Shown: positions 19,895 through 28,921 of the stretch, piece after piece
How the letters are laid out: the number at the start of each line of letters is the position of its first letter
How positions within the stretch are numbered: position 1 is the stretch's first letter
Assembly: GCA_963749725.1 (NCBI GenBank)
Contig: CAVVNU010000014.1
Span: forward strand, 998 to 64,997
Direction of reading: 5' to 3'
DNA: 64,000 bases
Origin: Waddliaceae bacterium
GTDB taxonomy: Bacteria > Chlamydiota > Chlamydiia > Chlamydiales > Waddliaceae
Notes under the pieces: model-generated
The model's database searches: none
What the model was told of the DNA's origin: nothing
What the model saw: only the letters and a program-made list of their open reading frames with translations
Program-made: the position numbers and the translations under genes

Positions 19895-21481
19895 ATGGAG
19901 TTGTCAATTGTGAAAATCGATAAATTTTTTCAACATTTTTCCGGCACAAGCCTTACATATGACGACCTTATACTTCTCCCAAAATTCGTTAATTTTTCTA
20001 TTGACAAGGTCAACCTTTCTACTCAACTTACAAAAGAAATTTCTTTAAATATACCTCTTGCAAGCTCGCCCATGGATACGGTTACAGAGTCGGAACTTGC
20101 CATTGCTGTCGCTCTTCAAGGCGGAGTAGGATTAATCCATTATAATATGTCTCCGGAGCAGCAAAGAATCGAAGTGCAAAAAGTTAAACGGTTCAAAAAT
20201 GGATTTGTTTCCGAACCGATTGTTCTTCCGCCGACTGCAACAATCCTGGACGTAATCAGAATCCGCAAAGAACATGGATACTCTACAATCCCAATTACTG
20301 AAGCAGGCCGCCCTAGAGGAAAACTTCTAGGAATGATTTCAAAATACGACTACTCCTCTTTTTCACCCGATTATCAAGAAAACAGCGTTTTGGAAAGGAT
20401 GATACCCAAAGAGCTGCTCTCTTGTGCAACATTTGATGAGCTTTGCGATGAAAATGGAATTTTCGATCTTTACCATGCCAATGAAAAATTATTGGAAGCT
20501 CACAGCGCCGCATTGCCTATCATCGATCAAAACGGATGCCTTCTCTACCTAATTACCCGTTCCGACTTAGATAAACATCAAAATTTTCCGAATGCGGCTC
20601 TTGATTCAAAAAACAGCCTGCTGGTAGGAGCTGCGGTAGAAACCTGGAAAACAAAAGCCGAAGAACGAATCGAATGCCTCGAAGACCTTGTCGACATTAT
20701 CGTATTCGATACATCGCAAGGATATACTCAATATGAAATCGAACTCATTCAATGGACCAAAAAAAAATTCCCCCACCTCCAAATCATTGGAGGCAACGTT
20801 GTAACTGAAGAAGGCTGCAGAGCGCTGATCAAAGCCGGGGCCGATGCCATTCGGATCGGCATGGGATCGGGATCCATCTGTACAACGCAAGAAGTAGGCG
20901 GAATTGGCAGAGGACAAGCGACGGCCGTTTATCTTTGCGCTCAAGAATGTAAAAAACAAAAGATACCGGCAATTGCCGATGGAGGAATTAGCAAAAGCGC
21001 AGATATCGTAAAAGCGCTGGCTTTAGGAGCAAGCAGCGTAATGCTGGGCTCTTTGCTGGGCGCAACTAATGAAGCTCCCGGGCTCACGCAGATTAAAAAC
21101 GGAATCCGGCTCAAAGAGTATCGGGGAATGGGCTCATCTCAAGCAATGGATAAGGGAAGCTCTGTCCGATACGGCACCCATCAAAGTCAAATTCGTATTC
21201 CTGAAGGTGTTTCGGGACTTGTTCCTTCTCGAGGATCGATTTCCGAATGGATACCGTGTCTGATGCAAGGAGTTAGGCAAGGTTTTCATAAACTTGGTTT
21301 TCCTACGCTTCAAAGTCTTGAAGGACAGATCGAACTTGAGAGGCGATCTGATGGCGCAAAGCGGGAAGGACAAATCCATAACCTCTATGAATTCAACTTT
21401 GACCATCATCCGATAAAACACAAAAATGAACAACCGATCCCCAACCCTCAACAATATTTTGCAATGTCGTCCCATGCTTAA
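19895..21481 (+). CDS. guaB: IMP dehydrogenase with CBS domains, eukaryote-like sequence type
   Basis: SSPMDTVTE, GGNVVT, RIGMGSGSICTTQ (catalytic Cys), ADGGI, YRGMGS. Confidence 0.95.
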   Translation: MELSIVKIDKFFQHFSGTSLTYDDLILLPKFVNFSIDKVNLSTQLTKEISLNIPLASSPMDTVTESELAIAVALQGGVGLIHYNMSPEQQRIEVQKVKRFKNGFVSEPIVLPPTATILDVIRIRKEHGYSTIPITEAGRPRGKLLGMISKYDYSSFSPDYQENSVLERMIPKELLSCATFDELCDENGIFDLYHANEKLLEAHSAALPIIDQNGCLLYLITRSDLDKHQNFPNAALDSKNSLLVGAAVETWKTKAEERIECLEDLVDIIVFDTSQGYTQYEIELIQWTKKKFPHLQIIGGNVVTEEGCRALIKAGADAIRIGMGSGSICTTQEVGGIGRGQATAVYLCAQECKKQKIPAIADGGISKSADIVKALALGASSVMLGSLLGATNEAPGLTQIKNGIRLKEYRGMGSSQAMDKGSSVRYGTHQSQIRIPEGVSGLVPSRGSISEWIPCLMQGVRQGFHKLGFPTLQSLEGQIELERRSDGAKREGQIHNLYEFNFDHHPIKHKNEQPIPNPQQYFAMSSHA

Positions 21482-22391
21482 TTATTCAAAAAGCGGTGTC
21501 GATATCGCTGCCGGAAACAAACTTGTCGGCCTTCTTAAAAATAAGCTTCCTCATATTGGAGGGTTTGCCGGTTTATATCCTTTGGGAAATCAATATTTGG
21601 TCGCGAGCGCCGACGGGGTTGGAACAAAACTCAAACTTGCGATTTCTCAGAAAAAATATCACACAATCGGAATTGATCTTGTCGCCATGTGTGTAAACGA
21701 TGTGATCACAACAGGGGCGGATCCGCTTTTCTTTCTCGATTATTATGCAACGTCCAAACTCGATATTGCTCAAGCGGAAGAGGTCATCTCCGGCATAGCC
21801 GCAGGCTGCCGGGAAGCCGGTATCATTTTGCTTGGAGGAGAAACCGCGGAAATGCCGGGATTTTATCAACCGGGCGATTTTGATTTATCCGGATTCTCTG
21901 TCGGAATCGTTGACAAAAACCAATTAATCGATGGCAAAAAGATTAAAGAAGGAGACTCAATCATCGGATTTGCTTCAAGCGGAGTTCACAGCAATGGCTT
22001 TTCATTGGTTCATAAAATTCTGGAAATTGACCCGGTTCCGCCTTTTGATTTACTGACTCCGACAAAAATTTATACAAAAGAAATCGAACGTCTGAAAAGC
22101 TGTGCGGCGGTTAAAGGAATGGCGCATATTACCGGAGGAGGCTTGCTTGAAAATATTCCTAGAATCCTTCCGGAAGGTTTGGGGGCTGTCATACAGGCAA
22201 GCGCCTGGAAAACCCCGGAAATTTTCTCATGGATGCAAGAGGCCGGCAATCTCAATCTCAATGAAATGTATCGCGTATTCAACATGGGAATCGGCATGAT
22301 CGCCATTGTTTCAAGCGATGCAGTCGATTCAATACAAGATGGAATCGTAATCGGATCGATTCACCAAGGCGAAGGAGTCGATTTGAAATGA
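21474..22391 (+). CDS. purM: AIR synthetase
   Basis: YSKSGVDI, DGVGTK, GIDLVAMCVND, GGETAEMPG, HSNGFS, HITGGG. Confidence 0.97.
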   Translation: MLNYSKSGVDIAAGNKLVGLLKNKLPHIGGFAGLYPLGNQYLVASADGVGTKLKLAISQKKYHTIGIDLVAMCVNDVITTGADPLFFLDYYATSKLDIAQAEEVISGIAAGCREAGIILLGGETAEMPGFYQPGDFDLSGFSVGIVDKNQLIDGKKIKEGDSIIGFASSGVHSNGFSLVHKILEIDPVPPFDLLTPTKIYTKEIERLKSCAAVKGMAHITGGGLLENIPRILPEGLGAVIQASAWKTPEIFSWMQEAGNLNLNEMYRVFNMGIGMIAIVSSDAVDSIQDGIVIGSIHQGEGVDLK

Positions 22392-25318
22392 ACATTCCTC
22401 ATCATTTAATCTCTGTTCGTTCAAAGCCTGAAATCGCAAATCCTCGTGTAAACCAATTGATTAAAACCATTCGGCAATATTATCAATACCCTCTTGACCA
22501 TCTTGAAATAGAAAAAATTTTTTATATCAAAAAACCGCTGTCCCAAGAACAATTGCAACATCTTGTAAATGGCCCTTTTGCAGATCCGATTCTTGAAGAC
22601 TCGTCATTAACTCCATTTCCCGCTTGCGGCTTCGACTGGGTCATCGAAATCGGATATAAATCCGGATTAACAGACAATACAGCAAACACAGCCCAAACAA
22701 CCATCGAAGATGTCTTAGGGACAACTTTTCAAGGGGGCGAACGAATAGACACACTTACTATTTATAAATTAAAAGGCGGGCTAACGCATACAGAAGTTAG
22801 ACAAATGTCTGAAGAATTGTTGGCAAATCCGCTGATTGAAACTATCGAAATTCGCAAGCTGCGTCCGCACCGGGTTGAAGAAATTCACCTAAATGTAGAC
22901 GATCATCAGTTAATGGAAATCAGCAAAGACCGCTGTCTTGCTCTTAATTTAGACGAAATGCATGCAATTCAGCAATACTTTCAGAGAGAGGATGTCCAAC
23001 ACGAAAGGATGAAAATAGGTCTCCCCCTTTGCCCGACAGATGTGGAAATTGAAGCAATTGCGCAAACATGGAGCGAGCATTGCAAACACAAGATTTTTAA
23101 TTCGATAATTACCTATACGGATAAAGAATCTTCCCGAACAATAAACAGCCTATTCAAGACATACATTAAAGGTGTCACAAACGCGCTTTCAGATTCTTGT
23201 CCATGGTTGATTTCCGTTTTTGACGACAATGCCGGCATTATCGAATACACAAGCGCCCATTATGCCGCATTCAAAGTTGAAACTCATAACAGTCCCTCGG
23301 CTCTCGATCCTTACGGAGGAGCTTTGACAGGAATTCTAGGTGTTAATCGAGATATTATGGGTGTTGGAATGGGCGCTCGGCTGATTGGCAATACAGATGT
23401 CTTTTGCTTTGCCCCCCCTGATTATCAAAAAGAATTGCCTCCCAGACTTCTTCACCCAAAAAGAATTTTTGAAGGGGTGCGAAAAGGCGTTGAACATGGA
23501 GGAAATAAAAGCGGAGTTCCAACGGTTAATGGAGCCATCGTATTTGATGAGCGCTACCTTGGAAAACCGCTTGTCTACTGCGGAACAGTTGGAATTCTTC
23601 CCAAATCCATTCAAGGAATTCCCTCGGAAACAAAAGAGATTCAGCCAAATGACTTGATTGTCATTGCCGGCGGCAGAACCGGAAAAGATGGAATCCATGG
23701 GGCCACATTTTCTTCAGAAGCCCTTCACTCAGAGAGTCCGACGGGTGCCGTTCAGATCGGAGATCCGTTTACCCAAAAAAAATTGCACGATTTTTTATTA
23801 GATGCAAGAGACCGCTTGCTGTATCGTGCATTAACCGACAATGGCGCCGGAGGCTTTTCCTCATCTGTTGGAGAGCTGGCCAACCTGTCCGGAGGCTGCG
23901 AAATCCATTTAGACCGGGCCGCTTTAAAATTCCAAAATCTATTGCCCTTTGAAATTCTCATTAGCGAATCTCAAGAAAGAATGACCCTTGCAGTGCCGCC
24001 CGGTCAATTTACAGCGCTTGCAGAACTTGCAAATAAACATGAAGTAGAAATTTGTGAAATCGGAACATTCACAGACAAAGGATTTTTTCATGTATATGAC
24101 AAAGAAAAAACAGTAGCTTTCCTTCCTTTGGACTTTCTCCATAACGGCGTTGCGCAAATGACTTTGGAAGCTGTTTTAGAATATCAGCCGGAAAAAATGC
24201 TTTCCACTCCGGACCACTTTCACCTTGAGGACCTGCACGAAATATTAAAAAGATTAAATATTTGCAGTAAAGAGCAGATAATCAGGCAGTATGACCACGA
24301 AGTCCAGGGCGCAACTATACTGAAGCCTCTTCAAGGAGCAAGAGAGGAAGGACCCGGAAATGCTGCAATCCTGTATCCTTTAGAAGCTGAAAAATCCTCA
24401 AAAGGGATCGTCATTTCAAATGGAATCTGTCCAAAATTCAGTGATTTCGATACTTACCAAATGGCAGCAAATGCCGTTGATGAAGCTGTCCGCAATGCCG
24501 TTTCAGTTGGATGCGATCCGAATAAAATTGCCATTCTCGATAATTTTTGCTGGCCTGACCCCATCTATCATGAGGTACATAACCCCGATGGCAAGCAAAA
24601 GCTTGCTCAACTTGTCAGAGCATGTGAAGGACTATATGACACCGCCCTTGCTTATCGAACTCCCATTATTTCAGGAAAAGACAGTATGAAAAACGACTAT
24701 CGAATGGGAAATATCAAAATTTCTGTTCCTCCAACTCTTCTTATTTCCGCCATTGGCATCATTCCTGATGTCGAAAAAGCTGTGACAATGGAATTAAAGG
24801 CTGCCGGTGATTGGATCTACATCATCGGGATGACGAAAAATGAGCTGGGCGGCTCGGAGTACGCGTTAATGAAAGGAATCTCCGACGGCTATGTTCCCAA
24901 GGTTGATCAACAAGCTGCAAAACAAATTTATGAAAAAATTTTTGATGCCATGCAGCTTAACTTCATTGTATCTTGTCATGACTGCTCTGAAGGAGGATTG
25001 ATCACAGCCTTATCAGAATCTGCTTTTAGCGGGAGTTTAGGCGCTTCTATCGACTTGCATACAGCTCCTGTAGAAGACATTGAAAATGATCATGAACTTC
25101 TTTTCTCAGAGTCTGCCTCCCGTTTTATTGTCAGCGTAAATCCGAACCATGCCGCTGAATTTGAAAAAATCTTTCAATCCATTCCGATTGGAAGAATTGG
25201 AATTGTTCAAAAAGATTTTTACCTAAAAGTAGAGGGACTTAATGGAGAGACGATCATTAATGAAAATCTCGACTCGCTCAAACAATCTTGGCAAAAACCT
25301 CTTGGAGAAGTCTTATGA
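22388..25318 (+). CDS. purL: FGAM synthase synthetase subunit with N-terminal PurS-like extension
   Basis: QTWSEHCKH, KVETHNSPS, DNGAGG, ISESQERM, ISGKDS; N-terminal ~150 aa ends in PurS-like LLANPLIE. Confidence 0.95.
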   Translation: MNIPHHLISVRSKPEIANPRVNQLIKTIRQYYQYPLDHLEIEKIFYIKKPLSQEQLQHLVNGPFADPILEDSSLTPFPACGFDWVIEIGYKSGLTDNTANTAQTTIEDVLGTTFQGGERIDTLTIYKLKGGLTHTEVRQMSEELLANPLIETIEIRKLRPHRVEEIHLNVDDHQLMEISKDRCLALNLDEMHAIQQYFQREDVQHERMKIGLPLCPTDVEIEAIAQTWSEHCKHKIFNSIITYTDKESSRTINSLFKTYIKGVTNALSDSCPWLISVFDDNAGIIEYTSAHYAAFKVETHNSPSALDPYGGALTGILGVNRDIMGVGMGARLIGNTDVFCFAPPDYQKELPPRLLHPKRIFEGVRKGVEHGGNKSGVPTVNGAIVFDERYLGKPLVYCGTVGILPKSIQGIPSETKEIQPNDLIVIAGGRTGKDGIHGATFSSEALHSESPTGAVQIGDPFTQKKLHDFLLDARDRLLYRALTDNGAGGFSSSVGELANLSGGCEIHLDRAALKFQNLLPFEILISESQERMTLAVPPGQFTALAELANKHEVEICEIGTFTDKGFFHVYDKEKTVAFLPLDFLHNGVAQMTLEAVLEYQPEKMLSTPDHFHLEDLHEILKRLNICSKEQIIRQYDHEVQGATILKPLQGAREEGPGNAAILYPLEAEKSSKGIVISNGICPKFSDFDTYQMAANAVDEAVRNAVSVGCDPNKIAILDNFCWPDPIYHEVHNPDGKQKLAQLVRACEGLYDTALAYRTPIISGKDSMKNDYRMGNIKISVPPTLLISAIGIIPDVEKAVTMELKAAGDWIYIIGMTKNELGGSEYALMKGISDGYVPKVDQQAAKQIYEKIFDAMQLNFIVSCHDCSEGGLITALSESAFSGSLGASIDLHTAPVEDIENDHELLFSESASRFIVSVNPNHAAEFEKIFQSIPIGRIGIVQKDFYLKVEGLNGETIINENLDSLKQSWQKPLGEVL

Positions 25319-26154
25319 CTTGCGCTCTTGTGATCAAAGGATACGGCATCAATTGCGAAAATGAAATGGGTGCCGCCTGTCAAAAAGCCGGGGCGCAGGC
25401 TTCTCTTGTCCATATGAGCGACTTGCTGAACAACCGCTGCTCATTAGACGCATTTAAGCTTCTCATGCTGCCCGGAGGATTTTCATTTGGCGATGAACTG
25501 GGAGCGGGAAAAACTTTTGCAAATCGTCTTCGCTATGTGTCTAAATTCAAGGAAAAACTTCAGGATTTTGTTGCAAACGGGGGCTGTATTTTAGGAGTTT
25601 GCAATGGATTCCAGCTCCTGATTAAATTAGGGCTTTTACCCTTTGGAAATGAGCAAACGGCGGCCCTTGCCCCTAATGATTCGATGCGATTTGAAAATCG
25701 ATGGGCGCATCATGCCATTACTGAATCCCGCTGTATTTTTACAAAAGGTTTAAAGCGCCTCTACCTTCCGGTACGGCATGGAGAAGGAAAACTGTTATTT
25801 AAAGAGAACAAATTCTACCGCAAGCTCGTCGATAATGGACAAATTGTCATGCGCTATGCAAATCCTGAAGGTATTCCCGCACAAACTTATCCTGATAATC
25901 CCAACGGGTCGTTTGATGCGATTGCCGGAATTTGCGATTCAACCGGAAGAATCTTAGGAATGATGGCCCACCCCGAGGCATTTACAGACATCCTTCAACA
26001 TCCGAGTTGGACAAAACAAAAAGACCAATTTTCTCGTAATAACCGGCATTTTGATCGCGCAGGCGATGGTTTAAAGCTTTTTCAAAATGCTGTCAACTAT
26101 GCCGATAGTGTTTCAAAATTTGGTTTTCGGCAAAGAGAAAACTCTAGTGCTTGA
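25315..26154 (+). CDS. purQ: FGAM synthase glutaminase subunit
   Basis: GINCE, PGGFSFGD, GVCNGFQ, HGEG, MAHPE; last ~18 residues come from a MITE. Confidence 0.95.
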   Translation: MTCALVIKGYGINCENEMGAACQKAGAQASLVHMSDLLNNRCSLDAFKLLMLPGGFSFGDELGAGKTFANRLRYVSKFKEKLQDFVANGGCILGVCNGFQLLIKLGLLPFGNEQTAALAPNDSMRFENRWAHHAITESRCIFTKGLKRLYLPVRHGEGKLLFKENKFYRKLVDNGQIVMRYANPEGIPAQTYPDNPNGSFDAIAGICDSTGRILGMMAHPEAFTDILQHPSWTKQKDQFSRNNRHFDRAGDGLKLFQNAVNYADSVSKFGFRQRENSSA

Positions 26155-26244
26155 GAGATCGCAAGTCGTTCAATATTGATTAATCTCTCAATCACGAGGT
26201 TTTCTTAAAGCCAAAATCTCAAATTTTGAAACACTATCAGCATA
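26098..26244. repeat. Family-A MITE overlapping the purQ 3' end
   Basis: TATGCCGATAGTGTTTCAAAATTTG ... CAAATTTTGAAACACTATCAGCATA. Confidence 0.88.
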
Positions 26245-26261
26245 CATAAAAGGAGCCATGA

Positions 26262-27911
26262 ATGAATGCCAACCTTCTTCCTATTCGTAAAGTTTTAGTC
26301 AGTGTTGCAGATAAAACCGGCCTTAATGAAATGATTAAAGGCTTAAAGGAAACAATTCAAGACGTTGAATTAATCGCCTCCGGAGGGACAGCAAAAGTCT
26401 TAGAAGAAAAAGGAATCGCCTATACGCCCCTTAATCAGTATACCGGGTTTCCGGAGTGTTTTGACGGAAGAGTCAAAACTTTGCATCCCCGCATTGCCGG
26501 CGGTATTTTAATGCGCCGAGGAAAAGACGATCAAGAAGCTTTTCAACTAAATATCGAGCCGATTGATTTAGTCATTTGCAACTTATACGATTTCCAAAAA
26601 GCAAGCTTGCAAGCAGATTTAGACACACTGCAATTGATCGAATCAATGGATATAGGAGGATCTGCGCTCATACGCAGTGCATGCAAAAATTTTCCATACG
26701 TTGCTGTCGTCGTCGATCCCAAGGACTACCCTTCCATTCTTCACGAACTCAGGTGTAATAACGGATGCATTTCTCGGCAAACGCGTGAAAAGCTGGCAGT
26801 GAAAGGGATCAATGCGAGCGCTGACTATGAAGCCATCGTTGCCAAAGTGCTGACAAAACGGATTGCGAAAGAAAAAACAGACAGACCGCTGTTAACTCGC
26901 GGGCGCAAACTTCCTTATGGAGAAAATCCCGATCAGGAAGCCTGGGTGTTTGAATTTGAAGATCAAAAAGGTTTAGCAAAAGCTAAAGTGCTATCGAAAA
27001 AAGAGCTCTCTTACAATAATTACGAAGATTCCACAATTGCTTATCACGCAGCTCAAGAACTTTTGCAATTAAAAACCGAACACGGAGTGGCTATTATCAA
27101 ACATGGAAGCCTTTGCGCATACGCAACAGGACAAACTCTCAATGAAGCTTTTGAGATGGCTTGGGAAGGAGATTCAAAGTCTGCGTATGGAAGCGTGATC
27201 GCTATTACCTCTCATGTTGGAAATGAATTACAGGAAAAAATTAGAAATAAATTTATCGAAGTTCTCATTGCTCCCTCATTCGATCTCGATTTTATAAAAT
27301 GGGCAAAAGAAACGAAAAAACGATTGCGATTAGTCGAAGTCCCTAACCATTTGACGTCCCCATTTTCCTATAAAAACATTAACGGGGGAATGCTTTTTCA
27401 ATTAAGAAAAAGCAGATTAATCTCTCAAAATTTCGAGGAGTTATTCAAAAAGTCTGATTCCCGCCTCGGTGTTGTCACAAAAAGGAATCCTCCAAAGGAA
27501 TACTACCCGCTATTTGCATTTGGCATTTCTGCTGTCAATTATGCAAAATCCAATGCTGTGGCCATTGTACGAGAACCTAAACCCGGATGCTATCAGCTGA
27601 TAGCCATGGGTGCAGGACAGCCTAATCGCATTGATAGTATCGAACGGCTGGCAATTCCCAAAGCGATCGAAAATCTTCAGCATGAGCATGGGTTTGATCC
27701 GCAGTACAATCCCAAAACCGATCTGGGAAAATGTGTTTTTGCAAGCGATGGATTTTTTCCTTTTGATGACAGCGTGCGTATTGCTTCTTCGGCAGGGTTG
27801 AAATATTGCATCCAACCGGGAGGCTCGAAACGAGACGAAGAAGTGATCAAAGCTGCAGATGAAGCCGGGATGTGCATGGTGATGACGGGTTCGCGCTATT
27901 TTTTTCATTAA
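26262..27911 (+). CDS. purH: Bifunctional AICAR transformylase/IMP cyclohydrolase
   Basis: LVSVADKTG, SGGTA, GRVKTLHP, DIGG, YGENP, LSYNN, ASDGFFPF, IQPGGS. Confidence 0.97.
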   Translation: MNANLLPIRKVLVSVADKTGLNEMIKGLKETIQDVELIASGGTAKVLEEKGIAYTPLNQYTGFPECFDGRVKTLHPRIAGGILMRRGKDDQEAFQLNIEPIDLVICNLYDFQKASLQADLDTLQLIESMDIGGSALIRSACKNFPYVAVVVDPKDYPSILHELRCNNGCISRQTREKLAVKGINASADYEAIVAKVLTKRIAKEKTDRPLLTRGRKLPYGENPDQEAWVFEFEDQKGLAKAKVLSKKELSYNNYEDSTIAYHAAQELLQLKTEHGVAIIKHGSLCAYATGQTLNEAFEMAWEGDSKSAYGSVIAITSHVGNELQEKIRNKFIEVLIAPSFDLDFIKWAKETKKRLRLVEVPNHLTSPFSYKNINGGMLFQLRKSRLISQNFEELFKKSDSRLGVVTKRNPPKEYYPLFAFGISAVNYAKSNAVAIVREPKPGCYQLIAMGAGQPNRIDSIERLAIPKAIENLQHEHGFDPQYNPKTDLGKCVFASDGFFPFDDSVRIASSAGLKYCIQPGGSKRDEEVIKAADEAGMCMVMTGSRYFFH

Positions 27912-27940
27912 TGATTTCATGGTTTGGCGAGTTTACCTAA

Positions 27941-28210
27941 TCGACCCTGAAAAAGTAAGGTCGCCGAGAGAAAAATTTGCACCTGCTCCGGGAAGAGGAT
28001 TTGGTAAAATTTGCAAGCTTTTGACAGGTATTATTCAAATATTTGCAAATTTTTCTCGAGACGTCCGTGCCTTCGAGTGAAAAAATAAGCATTTTTGAAA
28101 CAGAAAATAGGATCGACGACGCGTTCAACCCCTTGAGGGTTGGACAAGGAGTCGATCACTTTTTCTGTAAAAAGGCTATTTTTTCGCCGAAGGGACTTTT
28201 TCAGGGTCGA
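27941..28210. mobile_element. MITE-like element, family C (270 bp, 16-bp perfect TIR)
   Basis: TCGACCCTGAAAAAGT at 27941-27956 and its reverse complement at 28195-28210; no convincing ORF. Confidence 0.7.
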
Positions 28211-28245
28211 CTACCTATACTGACCTCAAGTTCAAAGCTAATGGA

Positions 28246-28292
28246 TATACCTGTCGTGTTTCAAAATTCTGGATTTTGAAACACGGCCGGTA
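28246..28292. repeat. Short family-A MITE
   Basis: TATACCTGTCGTGTTTCAAAATTC..GATTTTGAAACACGGCCGGTA. Confidence 0.8.
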
Positions 28293-28321
28293 AACTTTTG
28301 AACCGGAAGGGGTATTGCCGC

Positions 28322-28921
28322 TTATCTCGCCATGCGTTGTTTTATCCATTCTTTAAGAAGATTGGTTGCTTCTTCTAAAGCTGCATGCAATCGATCTCTA
28401 AAAGGAACTTTTTTATTAGGGTCCTCTTCCTTTGCTAGTTTGGCACGGTCTTTCACTTCATTAATCAAACCTTTTCCCTCTTCGTCCACTTGAATTATGA
28501 CATCTTCTTTGCCTTGGCGCTCAACTTTAATCTGTATATCGTTTTCATCAGAATTCAGCGGGATGCGGGCATTGCCTTCTCCTATAGGTATCTGAAGTTC
28601 ATCCTCTGGACTAGACTTTGGAATCGCATCAAGCAATCCTATTACTGCACTGCTCCCTAAAGGAGCGTTAAATTCGCTATCCTCATTCATTTGACGCAGC
28701 AACTCCTCATCCCCATGAATAGGAGGGTTTTCCCTATGAATAGAGGCGTCGGAAGAAATTTTTTCTGAATCTTCGGAAATGACAATTTTATCGGGCAAAC
28801 TATTGACCTCTTCCAATAATTTTTGATCACTTGTTTTCGAAATTTTTTGATCCCCTCCTATAGGACCAATTTGTCCGGGAATATTTCCTGTACCTCCAGG
28901 ACCGCTAATATTAGGATTCAT
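28322..28921 (-). CDS. Hypothetical acidic protein, candidate type III secreted effector
   Basis: Low-complexity Gly/Pro/Asn/Ser N-terminus MNPNISGPGGTGNIPGQIGP; ATGA overlap with upstream TPR gene. Confidence 0.6.
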   Translation of the reverse strand: MNPNISGPGGTGNIPGQIGPIGGDQKISKTSDQKLLEEVNSLPDKIVISEDSEKISSDASIHRENPPIHGDEELLRQMNEDSEFNAPLGSSAVIGLLDAIPKSSPEDELQIPIGEGNARIPLNSDENDIQIKVERQGKEDVIIQVDEEGKGLINEVKDRAKLAKEEDPNKKVPFRDRLHAALEEATNLLKEWIKQRMAR

